This document shows positions 1 through 12,400 of a DNA stretch of 64,000 nt, one piece after another; positions within the stretch are counted from its first letter, which is position 1, and each line of letters begins with the position of its first letter. The stretch comes from the human T2T-CHM13v2.0 reference genome, Homo sapiens: the NCBI RefSeq assembly GCF_009914755.1, contig NC_060939.1. One strand, 5' to 3'. Position numbers and translations under genes: made by a program. A model generated the notes under the pieces. It worked only from the letters and a program-made list of their open reading frames with translations. It made no database searches and was not told the DNA's origin.

Positions 1-3000
1 TATTCACTTCAAGATTCTACGGAAAGATTGTCTCAAACTGCTAAATCAAAACAAAGGTTCAACTCTGTGTGATGAATGCATTCATCACAAAGAAGTTTCT
101 CTGAGTGCTTCTGTGCAGTTTTTATTTGAAGATAATTGCTTTTCCAGTATAGGGCGAAATAGGGCTCCAAATATTCACTTGCAGATTCTACAGAAAGAGA
201 GATTCCAAACTGCTCAATCAAAACATAGGTTCAACACTGTGAGTTGAATGCATACATCGCAAAGAAGTTTCACAGAGTACTTCTGGGTGGTTTTTATTTG
301 AAGATATTTCCCTTTCCACAATAGGCCTCAAAGCTTTCCAAATGTCCACTTGCAGATTCCACCAAAAGAGTGTTTCGAAACTGCTCAATCAAAAGAAAGG
401 TTCTACTCTGTGGGATGAATGCACACATCACAAAGTAGTTTCTCAGAATGCTTCTGTGTAGTTTTTATGTGAAGATATTTGTTTTTCCACAGTAGGCCCC
501 AAAGAGCTCCAAATATTCACTTGCAGATTCTACAAAAAGAGTGTTCCAAAACTGCTCAATCATGAAATAGGATCAACCCTGTGAGATGAATGTACGTATG
601 ACAGAGAAGTTTCTCAGAATGCTTCTGTGTAGTTTTTATGCGAAGATATTCGATTTTCCACAGTACGCCTCAAAGTTCTCCAATTATCCACTCGTAGATC
701 CTGCAAAAAGAGAGATTCAAAACTGCTCAATCAAAAGATAGTTTCTACTCCATTAGCTGAAAGACCACATCACAAAAAAAGTTTCTCAGGATGCTTCTGT
801 GTAGTTTTTATGTGAAGATATTTGGTTTTCCACAGTAGGCCTCAAAGCGCTCCAAATATCCACTCACAGATTCTGCAAAAAGAGAGATTCAAAACTGCTG
901 AATCAAAAGACAGTTTCAACTCTGTGACTTCAGTGCACACCTCACAAGGATGTTTCTCAGAATGCTTCTGTGTAGTTTTTATATAAAGATATCTCCTTCT
1001 CCAAAATGGATCTCAAAGTTCTCCAAATATTCACTTCCAGATTCTATGGAAAGATTGTCCCAAAACTGCTCAATCAAACCAAAGGTTCAACTCTGTGAGA
1101 TGAATGCCTACATCACAAAGAAGTTTCTCAGAGTAATTCTGTGTAGTTTCTACTTAAGGATAGTTCCTTTTCCACCACAGACCAGAAAGGGCTCCAAATA
1201 TCCATTGCAGATGGTACAAAAAGTGAGATTCAAAACTGCTCAATCCAAAGGTAGTTTCAACCATGTGATATGAATGCACACAGCACAGAGAATTTTCTCA
1301 AAATGCGTCTGCCTAGTTTTTATTTGAAGATATTTCCTTTTCTACCATAGGCCACAAACGTCTCCAAATATCCACATGCAGCTTCTACAAAAAGAGAGAT
1401 TCAAAACTTCTCAATCAAAAGATAGGTTCAACTCTGTGAGTTGAAAGCACACCTCACAGAGAAGTTTCTCAGAGTGCTTCTGTGTGTTTTTATGTGAAGA
1501 TATTTCCTTTTCCACAATAGGCCTCAAAGCTCTCCAAATATCTGCGAGCAGAGTCTACAAAATGAGAGATTCAAAACTGCTCAATGAAAAGATAGGTTCA
1601 ACTCTGTGAGTTGAATGCACACCTCCAAAGAAGTTTCTCAGAATGCTTCCGTGTAGTTTTTATGTGAAGATATTTACTTTTCCACAGTTGTCCCAAAGCT
1701 CTAAAATGTCCACTTGCAGACCCTCCAAAAGAGTGTTTCAGAATTGCTCAATCAAAGGGAAGGTTCAATTCTGTGTGACCAATGCACTCATCACAAAGAA
1801 GTTTGTCTGAATGCTTCTGTGTAGAATTGATTTGAAGATAATTCCTTTTCCACCACAGTCCGCAAAGGGCTAAAAATATCCACTTGCCGATTCCACAAAA
1901 AGAGAGATTCAAAACTGCTCAATCACAAGATAGGTTCAACTTGGTAATTGGAAAGCACACATGACAAACAATTTCTGAGAATGTTTCTGTGTAGTTTTTA
2001 AGGGAAGATATTTGATTTTCAAATGTAGGCCTCAACTCGCTCCAAATATCCACTTGCATATTGTACAAAAAGAGAGATTCAAAACTGGTCACTCAAAAGT
2101 TAGGTCCAGCTCTGTGAGCTGAATGCACACATCACAAAGATGTTTCTCAGAAGGTTTCTGTATAGTTTCTATATGAAGATATTGGCTTTTCCACAATATG
2201 CCTCAAATCTCCCCAATTATCCACTTGCAGATTCTAGAAAAAGAGTGTTTCAAAACAGCTCAATCAAAATAAACTTTCAACTCTGTGAGATCAATGCACA
2301 CATCACAAAGAAGTTTCTCAGAATGCTTCTGTGTAGTTTTTTTTGTGAAGATATTTGATTTTCCACAGCAGGCTTCCAAGCACTCCAAATATCCACTCGC
2401 AGATTCTGCAAAAAGAGAGATTCAAATCTGCTGAATCAAAAGATAGGTTTAACTCTGTGACTTCAATGCACACCTCACAAGGGTGTTTCTCAGAAAGCTT
2501 CTGTGTAGTTTTTATATGAAGATATCTCCTTCTCCAAAGCAGGTCTCAAAGCCCTCCAAATATTCACTTCAAGATTCTACGGAAAGATTGTCTCAACACT
2601 GCTAAATCTAAACAAATGTTCAACTCTGTGTGATGAATGCACTCATCACAGAGAAGTTTCTCTGAATGCCTCTGTGTAGTTTTTATTTGAAGATATTTGC
2701 TTTTCCAGTATAGGGCGAAATAGGGCTCCAAATATTCACTTGCAGATTCTACAAAAGGAGAGATTCCAAACTGCTCAATCAAAACATAGGTTCAACACTG
2801 TGAGTTGAATGCACACATCACAAAGAAGTTTCACAGAGTGCTTCTGGGTAGTTTTTATTTGAGGATATTTCCCTTTCCACAATAGGCCTCAAAGCTTTCC
2901 AAATATCCACTTGCAGATTCTGCAAAAAGAGAGATACAAAACTGCTCTATCAAAAGATAGATTCGACTCTGTGAGTTGAATGCCAACATCGCAAAGAAGT

Positions 3001-3414
3001 TTCTCAGAATGCTTCTCTGCAGCTTTTTTGTGAGTATGTTTCGTTTTCCACCATAGGGCGAAATGGGGCTCCAAATATCCACTTGCATTTCCTACAAAAA
3101 GAGAGATTCTAAGCTGCTCAATCAAAACATTGTTTCAACACGGTTAGTTGAATGCACACATCCCAAAGATGTTTTTCAGAGTGCTTCTGTGTGGTTTTTA
3201 TGTGAAGATACTTCCTTTTCCACAATAGGCCTCAAATCTCTGTAAATATCCACTTGCAGACTCTACAAAGAGTGTTTCCAAACTGCTCAATCATAAGATA
3301 GGTTCAACTCCGATAGTTGAATGCACACATCACAAAGAAGTTTCTCGGAAAGCTTCTGTGTAGTTTTTGATGAAGATATCTCCTTCTCTAAAACAGAACT
3401 CCAAGCCCTCCAAA
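1..3414 (-). repeat. Reference 20-mer HOR unit (copy 1, haplotype I, 3,414 bp)
   Basis: The sequence restarts near-identically at 3415. 3414/20 = 170.7 bp per monomer. Confidence 0.97.
68..89. other. Perfect 22-bp palindrome TGTGATGAATGCATTCATCACA (also at 3482, 6896, 10310, 13724, 20553, 62216)
   Basis: Checked base by base as equal to its own reverse complement, centred between 78 and 79. Present in HOR copies 1-5, 7 and 19. Confidence 0.95.
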
Positions 3415-6400
3415 TATTCACTTCAAGATTCTACGGAAAGATTGTCTCAAACTGCTAAATCAAAACAAAGGTTCAACTCTGTGTGATGAATGCATTCATC
3501 ACAAAGAAGTTTCTCTGAGTGCTTCTGTGCAGTTTTTATTTGAAGATAATTGCTTTTCCAGTATAGGGCGAAATAGGGCTCCAAATATTCACTTGCAGAT
3601 TCTACAGAAAGAGAGATTCCAAACTGCTCAATCAAAACATAGGTTCAACACTGTGAGTTGAATGCATACATCGCAAAGAAGTTTCACAGAGTACTTCTGG
3701 GTGGTTTTTATTTGAAGATATTTCCCTTTCCACAATAGGCCTCAAAGCTTTCCAAATGTCCACTTGCAGATTCCACCAAAAGAGTGTTTCGAAACTGCTC
3801 AATCAAAAGAAAGGTTCTACTCTGTGGGATGAATGCACACATCACAAAGTAGTTTCTCAGAATGCTTCTGTGTAGTTTTTATGTGAAGATATTTGTTTTT
3901 CCACAGTAGGCCCCAAAGAGCTCCAAATATTCACTTGCAGATTCTACAAAAAGAGTGTTCCAAAACTGCTCAATCATGAAATAGGATCAACCCTGTGAGA
4001 TGAATGTACGTATGACAGAGAAGTTTCTCAGAATGCTTCTGTGTAGTTTTTATGCGAAGATATTCGATTTTCCACAGTACGCCTCAAAGTTCTCCAATTA
4101 TCCACTCGTAGATCCTGCAAAAAGAGAGATTCAAAACTGCTCAATCAAAAGATAGTTTCTACTCCATTAGCTGAAAGACCACATCACAAAAAAAGTTTCT
4201 CAGGATGCTTCTGTGTAGTTTTTATGTGAAGATATTTGGTTTTCCACAGTAGGCCTCAAAGCGCTCCAAATATCCACTCACAGATTCTGCAAAAAGAGAG
4301 ATTCAAAACTGCTGAATCAAAAGACAGTTTCAACTCTGTGACTTCAGTGCACACCTCACAAGGATGTTTCTCAGAATGCTTCTGTGTAGTTTTTATATAA
4401 AGATATCTCCTTCTCCAAAATGGATCTCAAAGTTCTCCAAATATTCACTTCCAGATTCTATGGAAAGATTGTCCCAAAACTGCTCAATCAAACCAAAGGT
4501 TCAACTCTGTGAGATGAATGCCTACATCACAAAGAAGTTTCTCAGAGTAATTCTGTGTAGTTTCTACTTAAGGATAGTTCCTTTTCCACCACAGACCAGA
4601 AAGGGCTCCAAATATCCATTGCAGATGGTACAAAAAGTGAGATTCAAAACTGCTCAATCCAAAGGTAGTTTCAACCATGTGATATGAATGCACACAGCAC
4701 AGAGAATTTTCTCAAAATGCGTCTGCCTAGTTTTTATTTGAAGATATTTCCTTTTCTACCATAGGCCACAAACGTCTCCAAATATCCACATGCAGCTTCT
4801 ACAAAAAGAGAGATTCAAAACTTCTCAATCAAAAGATAGGTTCAACTCTGTGAGTTGAAAGCACACCTCACAGAGAAGTTTCTCAGAGTGCTTCTGTGTG
4901 TTTTTATGTGAAGATATTTCCTTTTCCACAATAGGCCTCAAAGCTCTCCAAATATCTGCGAGCAGAGTCTACAAAATGAGAGATTCAAAACTGCTCAATG
5001 AAAAGATAGGTTCAACTCTGTGAGTTGAATGCACACCTCCAAAGAAGTTTCTCAGAATGCTTCCGTGTAGTTTTTATGTGAAGATATTTACTTTTCCACA
5101 GTTGTCCCAAAGCTCTAAAATGTCCACTTGCAGACCCTCCAAAAGAGTGTTTCAGAATTGCTCAATCAAAGGGAAGGTTCAATTCTGTGTGACCAATGCA
5201 CTCATCACAAAGAAGTTTGTCTGAATGCTTCTGTGTAGAATTGATTTGAAGATAATTCCTTTTCCACCACAGTCCGCAAAGGGCTAAAAATATCCACTTG
5301 CCGATTCCACAAAAAGAGAGATTCAAAACTGCTCAATCACAAGATAGGTTCAACTTGGTAATTGGAAAGCACACATGACAAACAATTTCTGAGAATGTTT
5401 CTGTGTAGTTTTTAAGGGAAGATATTTGATTTTCAAATGTAGGCCTCAAATCGCTCCAAATATCCACTTGCATATTGTACAAAAAGAGAGATTCAAAACT
5501 GGTCACTCAAAAGTTAGGTCCAGCTCTGTGAGCTGAATGCACACATCACAAAGATGTTTCTCAGAAGGTTTCTGTATAGTTTCTATATGAAGATATTGGC
5601 TTTTCCACAATATGCCTCAAATCTCCCCAATTATCCACTTGCAGATTCTAGAAAAAGAGTGTTTCAAAACAGCTCAATCAAAATAAACTTTCAACTCTGT
5701 GAGATCAATGCACACATCACAAAGAAGTTTCTCAGAATGCTTCTGTGTAGTTTTTTTTGTGAAGATATTTGATTTTCCACAGCAGGCTTCCAAGCACTCC
5801 AAATATCCACTCGCAGATTCTGCAAAAAGAGAGATTCAAATCTGCTGAATCAAAAGATAGGTTTAACTCTGTGACTTCAATGCACACCTCACAAGGGTGT
5901 TTCTCAGAAAGCTTCTGTGTAGTTTTTATATGAAGATATCTCCTTCTCCAAAGCAGGTCTCAAAGCCCTCCAAATATTCACTTCAAGATTCTACGGAAAG
6001 ATTGTCTCAACACTGCTAAATCTAAACAAATGTTCAACTCTGTGTGATGAATGCACTCATCACAGAGAAGTTTCTCTGAATGCCTCTGTGTAGTTTTTAT
6101 TTGAAGATATTTGCTTTTCCAGTATAGGGCGAAATAGGGCTCCAAATATTCACTTGCAGATTCTACAAAAGGAGAGATTCCAAACTGCTCAATCAAAACA
6201 TAGGTTCAACACTGTGAGTTGAATGCACACATCACAAAGAAGTTTCACAGAGTGCTTCTGGGTAGTTTTTATTTGAGGATATTTCCCTTTCCACAATAGG
6301 CCTCAAAGCTTTCCAAATATCCACTTGCAGATTCTGCAAAAAGAGAGATACAAAACTGCTCTATCAAAAGATAGATTCGACTCTGTGAGTTGAATGCCAA

Positions 6401-9400
6401 CATCGCAAAGAAGTTTCTCAGAATGCTTCTCTGCAGCTTTTTTGTGAGTATGTTTCGTTTTCCACCATAGGGCGAAATGGGGCTCCAAATATCCACTTGC
6501 ATTTCCTACAAAAAGAGAGATTCTAAGCTGCTCAATCAAAACATTGTTTCAACACGGTTAGTTGAATGCACACATCCCAAAGATGTTTTTCAGAGTGCTT
6601 CTGTGTGGTTTTTATGTGAAGATACTTCCTTTTCCACAATAGGCCTCAAATCTCTGTAAATATCCACTTGCAGACTCTACAAAGAGTGTTTCCAAACTCC
6701 TCAATCATAAGATAGGTTCAACTCCGATAGTTGAATGCACACATCACAAAGAAGTTTCTCGGAAAGCTTCTGTGTAGTTTTTGATGAAGATATCTTCTTC
6801 TCTAAAACAGAACTCCAAGCCCTCCAAATATTCACTTCAAGATTCTACGGAAAGATTGTCTCAAACTGCTAAATCAAAACAAAGGTTCAACTCTGTGTGA
6901 TGAATGCATTCATCACAAAGAAGTTTCTCTGAGTGCTTCTGTGCAGTTTTTATTTGAAGATAATTGCTTTTCCAGTATAGGGCGAAATAGGGCTCCAAAT
7001 ATTCACTTGCAGATTCTACAGAAAGAGAGATTCCAAACTGCTCAATCAAAACATAGGTTCAACACTGTGAGTTGAATGCATACATCGCAAAGAAGTTTCA
7101 CAGAGTACTTCTGGGTGGTTTTTATTTGAAGATATTTCCCTTTCCACAATAGGCCTCAAAGCTTTCCAAATGTCCACTTGCAGATTCCACCAAAAGAGTG
7201 TTTCGAAACTGCTCAATCAAAAGAAAGGTTCTACTCTGTGGGATGAATGCACACATCACAAAGTAGTTTCTCAGAATGCTTCTGTGTAGTTTTTATGTGA
7301 AGATATTTGTTTTTCCACAGTAGGCCCCAAAGAGCTCCAAATATTCACTTGCAGATTCTACAAAAAGAGTGTTCCAAAACTGCTCAATCATGAAATAGGA
7401 TCAACCCTGTGAGATGAATGTACGTATGACAGAGAAGTTTCTCAGAATGCTTCTGTGTAGTTTTTATGCGAAGATATTCGACTTTCCACAGTACGCCTCA
7501 AAGTTCTCCAATTATCCACTCGTAGATCCTGCAAAAAGAGAGATTCAAAACTGCTCAATCAAAAGATAGTTTCTACTCCATTAGCTGAAAGACCACATCA
7601 CAAAAAAAGTTTCTCAGGATGCTTCTGTGTAGTTTTTATGTGAAGATATTTGGTTTTCCACAGTAGGCCTCAAAGCGCTCCAAATATCCACTCACAGATT
7701 CTGCAAAAAGAGAGATTCAAAACTGCTGAATCAAAAGACAGTTTCAACTCTGTGACTTCAGTGCACACCTCACAAGGATGTTTCTCAGAATGCTTCTGTG
7801 TAGTTTTTATATAAAGATATCTCCTTCTCCAAAATGGATCTCAAAGTTCTCCAAATATTCACTTCCAGATTCTATGGAAAGATTGTCTCAAAACTGCTCA
7901 ATCAAACCAAAGGTTCAACTCTGTGAGATGAATGCCCACATCACAAAGAAGTTTCTCAGAGTACTTCTGTGTAGTTTCTATTTGAGGATAGTTCCTTTTC
8001 CACCACAGACCAGAAAGGGCTCCAAATATCCATTGCAGATGGTACAAAAAGTGAGATTCAAAACTGCTCAATCCAAAGGTAGTTTCAACCATGTGATATG
8101 AATGCACACAGCACAGAGAATTTTCTCAAAATGCGTCTGTCTAGTTTTTATTTGAAGATATTTCCTTTTCTACCATAGGCCACAAACGTCTCCAAATATC
8201 CACATGCAGCTTCTACAAAAAGAGAGATTCAAAACTTCTCAATCAAAAGATAGGTTCAACTCTGTGAGTTGAAAGCACACCTCACAGAGAAGTTTCTCAG
8301 AGTGCTTCTGTGTGTTTTTATGTGAAGATATTTCCTTTTCCACAATAGGCCTCAAAGCTCTCCAAATATCTGCGAGCAGAGTCTACAAAATGAGAGATTC
8401 AAAACTGCTCAATGAAAAGATAGGTTCAACTCTGTGAGTTGAATGCACACCTCCAAAGAAGTTTCTCAGAATGCTTCCGTGTAGTTTTTATGTGAAGATA
8501 TTTACTTTTCCACAGTTGTCCCAAAGCTCTAAAATGTCCACTTGCAGACCCTCCAAAAGAGTGTTTCAGAATTGCTCAATCAAAGGGAAGGTTCAATTCT
8601 GTGTGACCAATGCACTCATCACAAAGAAGTTTGTCTGAATGCTTCTGTGTAGAATTGATTTGAAGATAATTCCTTTTCCACCACAGTCCGCAAAGGGCTA
8701 AAAATATCCACTTGCCGATTCCACAAAAAGAGAGATTCAAAACTGCTCAATCACAAGATAGGTTCAACTTGGTAATTGGAAAGCACACATGACAAACAAT
8801 TTCTGAGAATGTTTCTGTGTAGTTTTTAAGGGAAGATATTTGATTTTCAAATGTAGGCCTCAAATCGCTCCAAATATCCACTTGCATATTGTACAAAAAG
8901 AGAGATTCAAAACTGGTCACTCAAAAGTTAGGTCCAGCTCTGTGAGCTGAATGCACACATCACAAAGATGTTTCTCAGAAGGTTTCTGTATAGTTTCTAT
9001 ATGAAGATATTGGCTTTTCCACAATATGCCTCAAATCTCCCCAATTATCCACTTGCAGATTCTAGAAAAAGAGTGTTTCAAAACAGCTCAATCAAAATAA
9101 ACTTTCAACTCTGTGAGATCAATGCACACATCACAAAGAAGTTTCTCAGAATGCTTCTGTGTAGTTTTTTTTGTGAAGATATTTGATTTTCCACAGCAGG
9201 CTTCCAAGCACTCCAAATATCCACTCGCAGATTCTGCAAAAAGAGAGATTCAAATCTGCTGAATCAAAAGATAGGTTTAACTCTGTGACTTCAATGCACA
9301 CCTCACAAGGGTGTTTCTCAGAAAGCTTCTGTGTAGTTTTTATATGAAGATATCTCCTTCTCCAAAGCAGGTCTCAAAGCCCTCCAAATATTCACTTCAA

Positions 9401-12400
9401 GATTCTATGGAAAGATTGTCTCAACACTGCTAAATCTAAACAAATGTTCAACTCTGTGTGATGAATGCACTCATCACAGAGAAGTTTCTCTGAATGCCTC
9501 TGTGTAGTTTTTATTTGAAGATATTTGCTTTTCCAGTATAGGGCGAAATAGGGCTCCAAATATTCACTTGCAGATTCTACAAAAGGAGAGATTCCAAACT
9601 GCTCAATCAAAACATAGGTTCAACACTGTGAGTTGAATGCACACATCACAAAGAAGTTTCACAGAGTGCTTCTGGGTAGTTTTTATTTGAGGATATTTCC
9701 CTTTCCACAATAGGCCTCAAAGCTTTCCAAATATCCACTTGCAGATTCTGCAAAAAGAGAGATACAAAACTGCTCTATCAAAAGATAGATTCGACTCTGT
9801 GAGTTGAATGCCAACATCACAAAGAAGTTTCTCAGAATGCTTCTCTGCAGCTTTTTTGTGAGTATGTTTCGTTTTCCACCATAGGGCGAAATGGGGCTCC
9901 AAATATCCACTTGCATTTCCTACAAAAAGAGAGATTCTAAGCTGCTCAATCAAAACATTGTTTCAACACGGTTAGTTGAATGCACACATCCCAAACATGT
10001 TTTTCAGAGTGCTTCTGTGTGGTTTTTATGTGAAGATACTTCCTTTTCCACAATAGGCCTCAAATCTCTGTAAATATCCACTTGCAGACTCTACAAAGAG
10101 TGTTTCCAAACTGCTCAATCATAAGATAGGTTCAACTCCGATAGTTGAATGCACACATCACAAAGAAGTTTCTCGGAAAGCTTCTGTGTAGTTTTTGATG
10201 AAGATATCTCCTTTTCTAAAACAGAACTCCAAGCCCTCCAAATATTCACTTCAAGATTCTACGGAAAGATTGTCTCAAACTGCTAAATCAAAACAAAGGT
10301 TCAACTCTGTGTGATGAATGCATTCATCACAAAGAAGTTTCTCTGAGTGCTTCTGTGCAGTTTTTATTTGAAGATAATTGCTTTTCCAGTATAGGGCGAA
10401 ATAGGGCTCCAAATATTCACTTGCAGATTCTACAGAAAGAGAGATTCCAAACTGCTCAATCAAAACATAGGTTCAACACTGTGAGTTGAATGCATACATC
10501 GCAAAGAAGTTTCACAGAGTACTTCTGGGTGGTTTTTATTTGAAGATATTTCCCTTTCCACAATAGGCCTCAAAGCTTTCCAAATGTCCACTTGCAGATT
10601 CCACCAAAAGAGTGTTTCGAAACTGCTCAATCAAAAGAAAGGTTCTACTCTGTGGGATGAATGCACACATCACAAAGTAGTTTCTCAGAATGCTTCTGTG
10701 TAGTTTTTATGTGAAGATATTTGTTTTTCCACAGTAGGCCCCAAAGAGCTCCAAATATTCACTTGCAGATTCTACAAAAAGAGTGTTCCAAAACTGCTCA
10801 ATCATGAAATAGGATCAACCCTGTGAGATGAATGTACGTATGACAGAGAAGTTTCTCAGAATGCTTCTGTGTAGTTTTTATGCGAAGATATTCGATTTTC
10901 CACAGTACGCCTCAAAGTTCTCCAATTATCCACTCGTAGATCCTGCAAAAAGAGAGATTCAAAACTGCTCAATCAAAAGATAGTTTCTACTCCATTAGCT
11001 GAAAGACCACATCACAAAAAAAGTTTCTCAGGATGCTTCTGTGTAGTTTTTATGTGAAGATATTTGGTTTTCCACAGTAGGCCTCAAAGCGCTCCAAATA
11101 TCCACTCACAGATTCTGCAAAAAGAGAGATTCAAAACTGCTGAATCAAAAGACAGTTTCAACTCTGTGACTTCAGTGCACACCTCACAAGGATGTTTCTC
11201 AGAATGCTTCTGTGTAGTTTTAATATAAAGATATCTCCTTCTCCAAAATGGATCTCAAAGTTCTCCAAATATTCACTTCCAGATTCTATGGAAAGATTGT
11301 CCCAAAACTGCTCAATCAAACCAAAGGTTCAACTCTGTGAGATGAATGCCTACATCACAAAGAAGTTTCTCAGAGTAATTCTGTGTAGTTTCTACTTGAG
11401 GATAGTTCCTTTTCCACCACAGACCAGAAAGGGCTCCAAATATCCATTGCAGATGGTACAAAAAGTGAGATTCAAAACTGCTCAATCCAAAGGTAGTTTC
11501 AACCATGTGATATGAATGCACACAGCACAGAGAATTTTCTCAAAATGCGTCTGCCTAGTTTTTATTTGAAGATATTTCCTTTTCTACCATAGGCCACAAA
11601 CGTCTCCAAATATCCACATGCAGCTTCTACAAAAAGAGAGATTCAAAACTTCTCAATCAAAAGATAGGTTCAACTCTGTGAGTTGAAAGCACACCTCACA
11701 GAGAAGTTTCTCAGAGTGCTTCTGTGTGTTTTTATGTGAAGATATTTCCTTTTCCACAATAGGCCTCAAAGCTCTCCAAATATCTGCGAGCAGAGTCTAC
11801 AAAATGAGAGATTCAAAACTGCTCAATGAAAAGATAGGTTCAACTCTGTGAGTTGAATGCACACCTCCAAAGAAGTTTCTCAGAATGCTTCCGTGTAGTT
11901 TTTATGTGAAGATATTTACTTTTCCACAGTTGTCCCAAAGCTCTAAAATGTCCACTTGCAGACCCTCCAAAAGAGTGTTTCAGAATTGCTCAATCAAAGG
12001 GAAGGTTCAATTCTGTGTGACCAATGCACTCATCACAAAGAAGTTTGTCTGAATGCTTCTGTGTAGAATTGATTTGAAGATAATTCCTTTTCCACCACAG
12101 TCCGCAAAGGGCTAAAAATATCCACTTGCCGATTCCACAAAAAGAGAGATTCAAAACTGCTCAATCACAAGATAGGTTCAACTTGGTAATTGGAAAGCAC
12201 ACATGACAAACAATTTCTGAGAATGTTTCTGTGTAGTTTTTAAGGGAAGATATTTGATTTTCAAATGTAGGCCTCAAATCGCTCCAAATATCCACTTGCA
12301 TATTGTACAAAAAGAGAGATTCAAAACTGGTCACTCAAAAGTTAGGTCCAGCTCTGTGAGCTGAATGCACACATCACAAAGATGTTTCTCAGAAGGTTTC

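Noticed and set aside
3038-3060. 'tttcgttttccaccatagggcg' (and 'ttcgattttccacagtacg' near 649) as CENP-B boxes
   Set aside because: They contain TTCG but lack the required A and CGGG at the correct spacing. They are variants of the A-type box.
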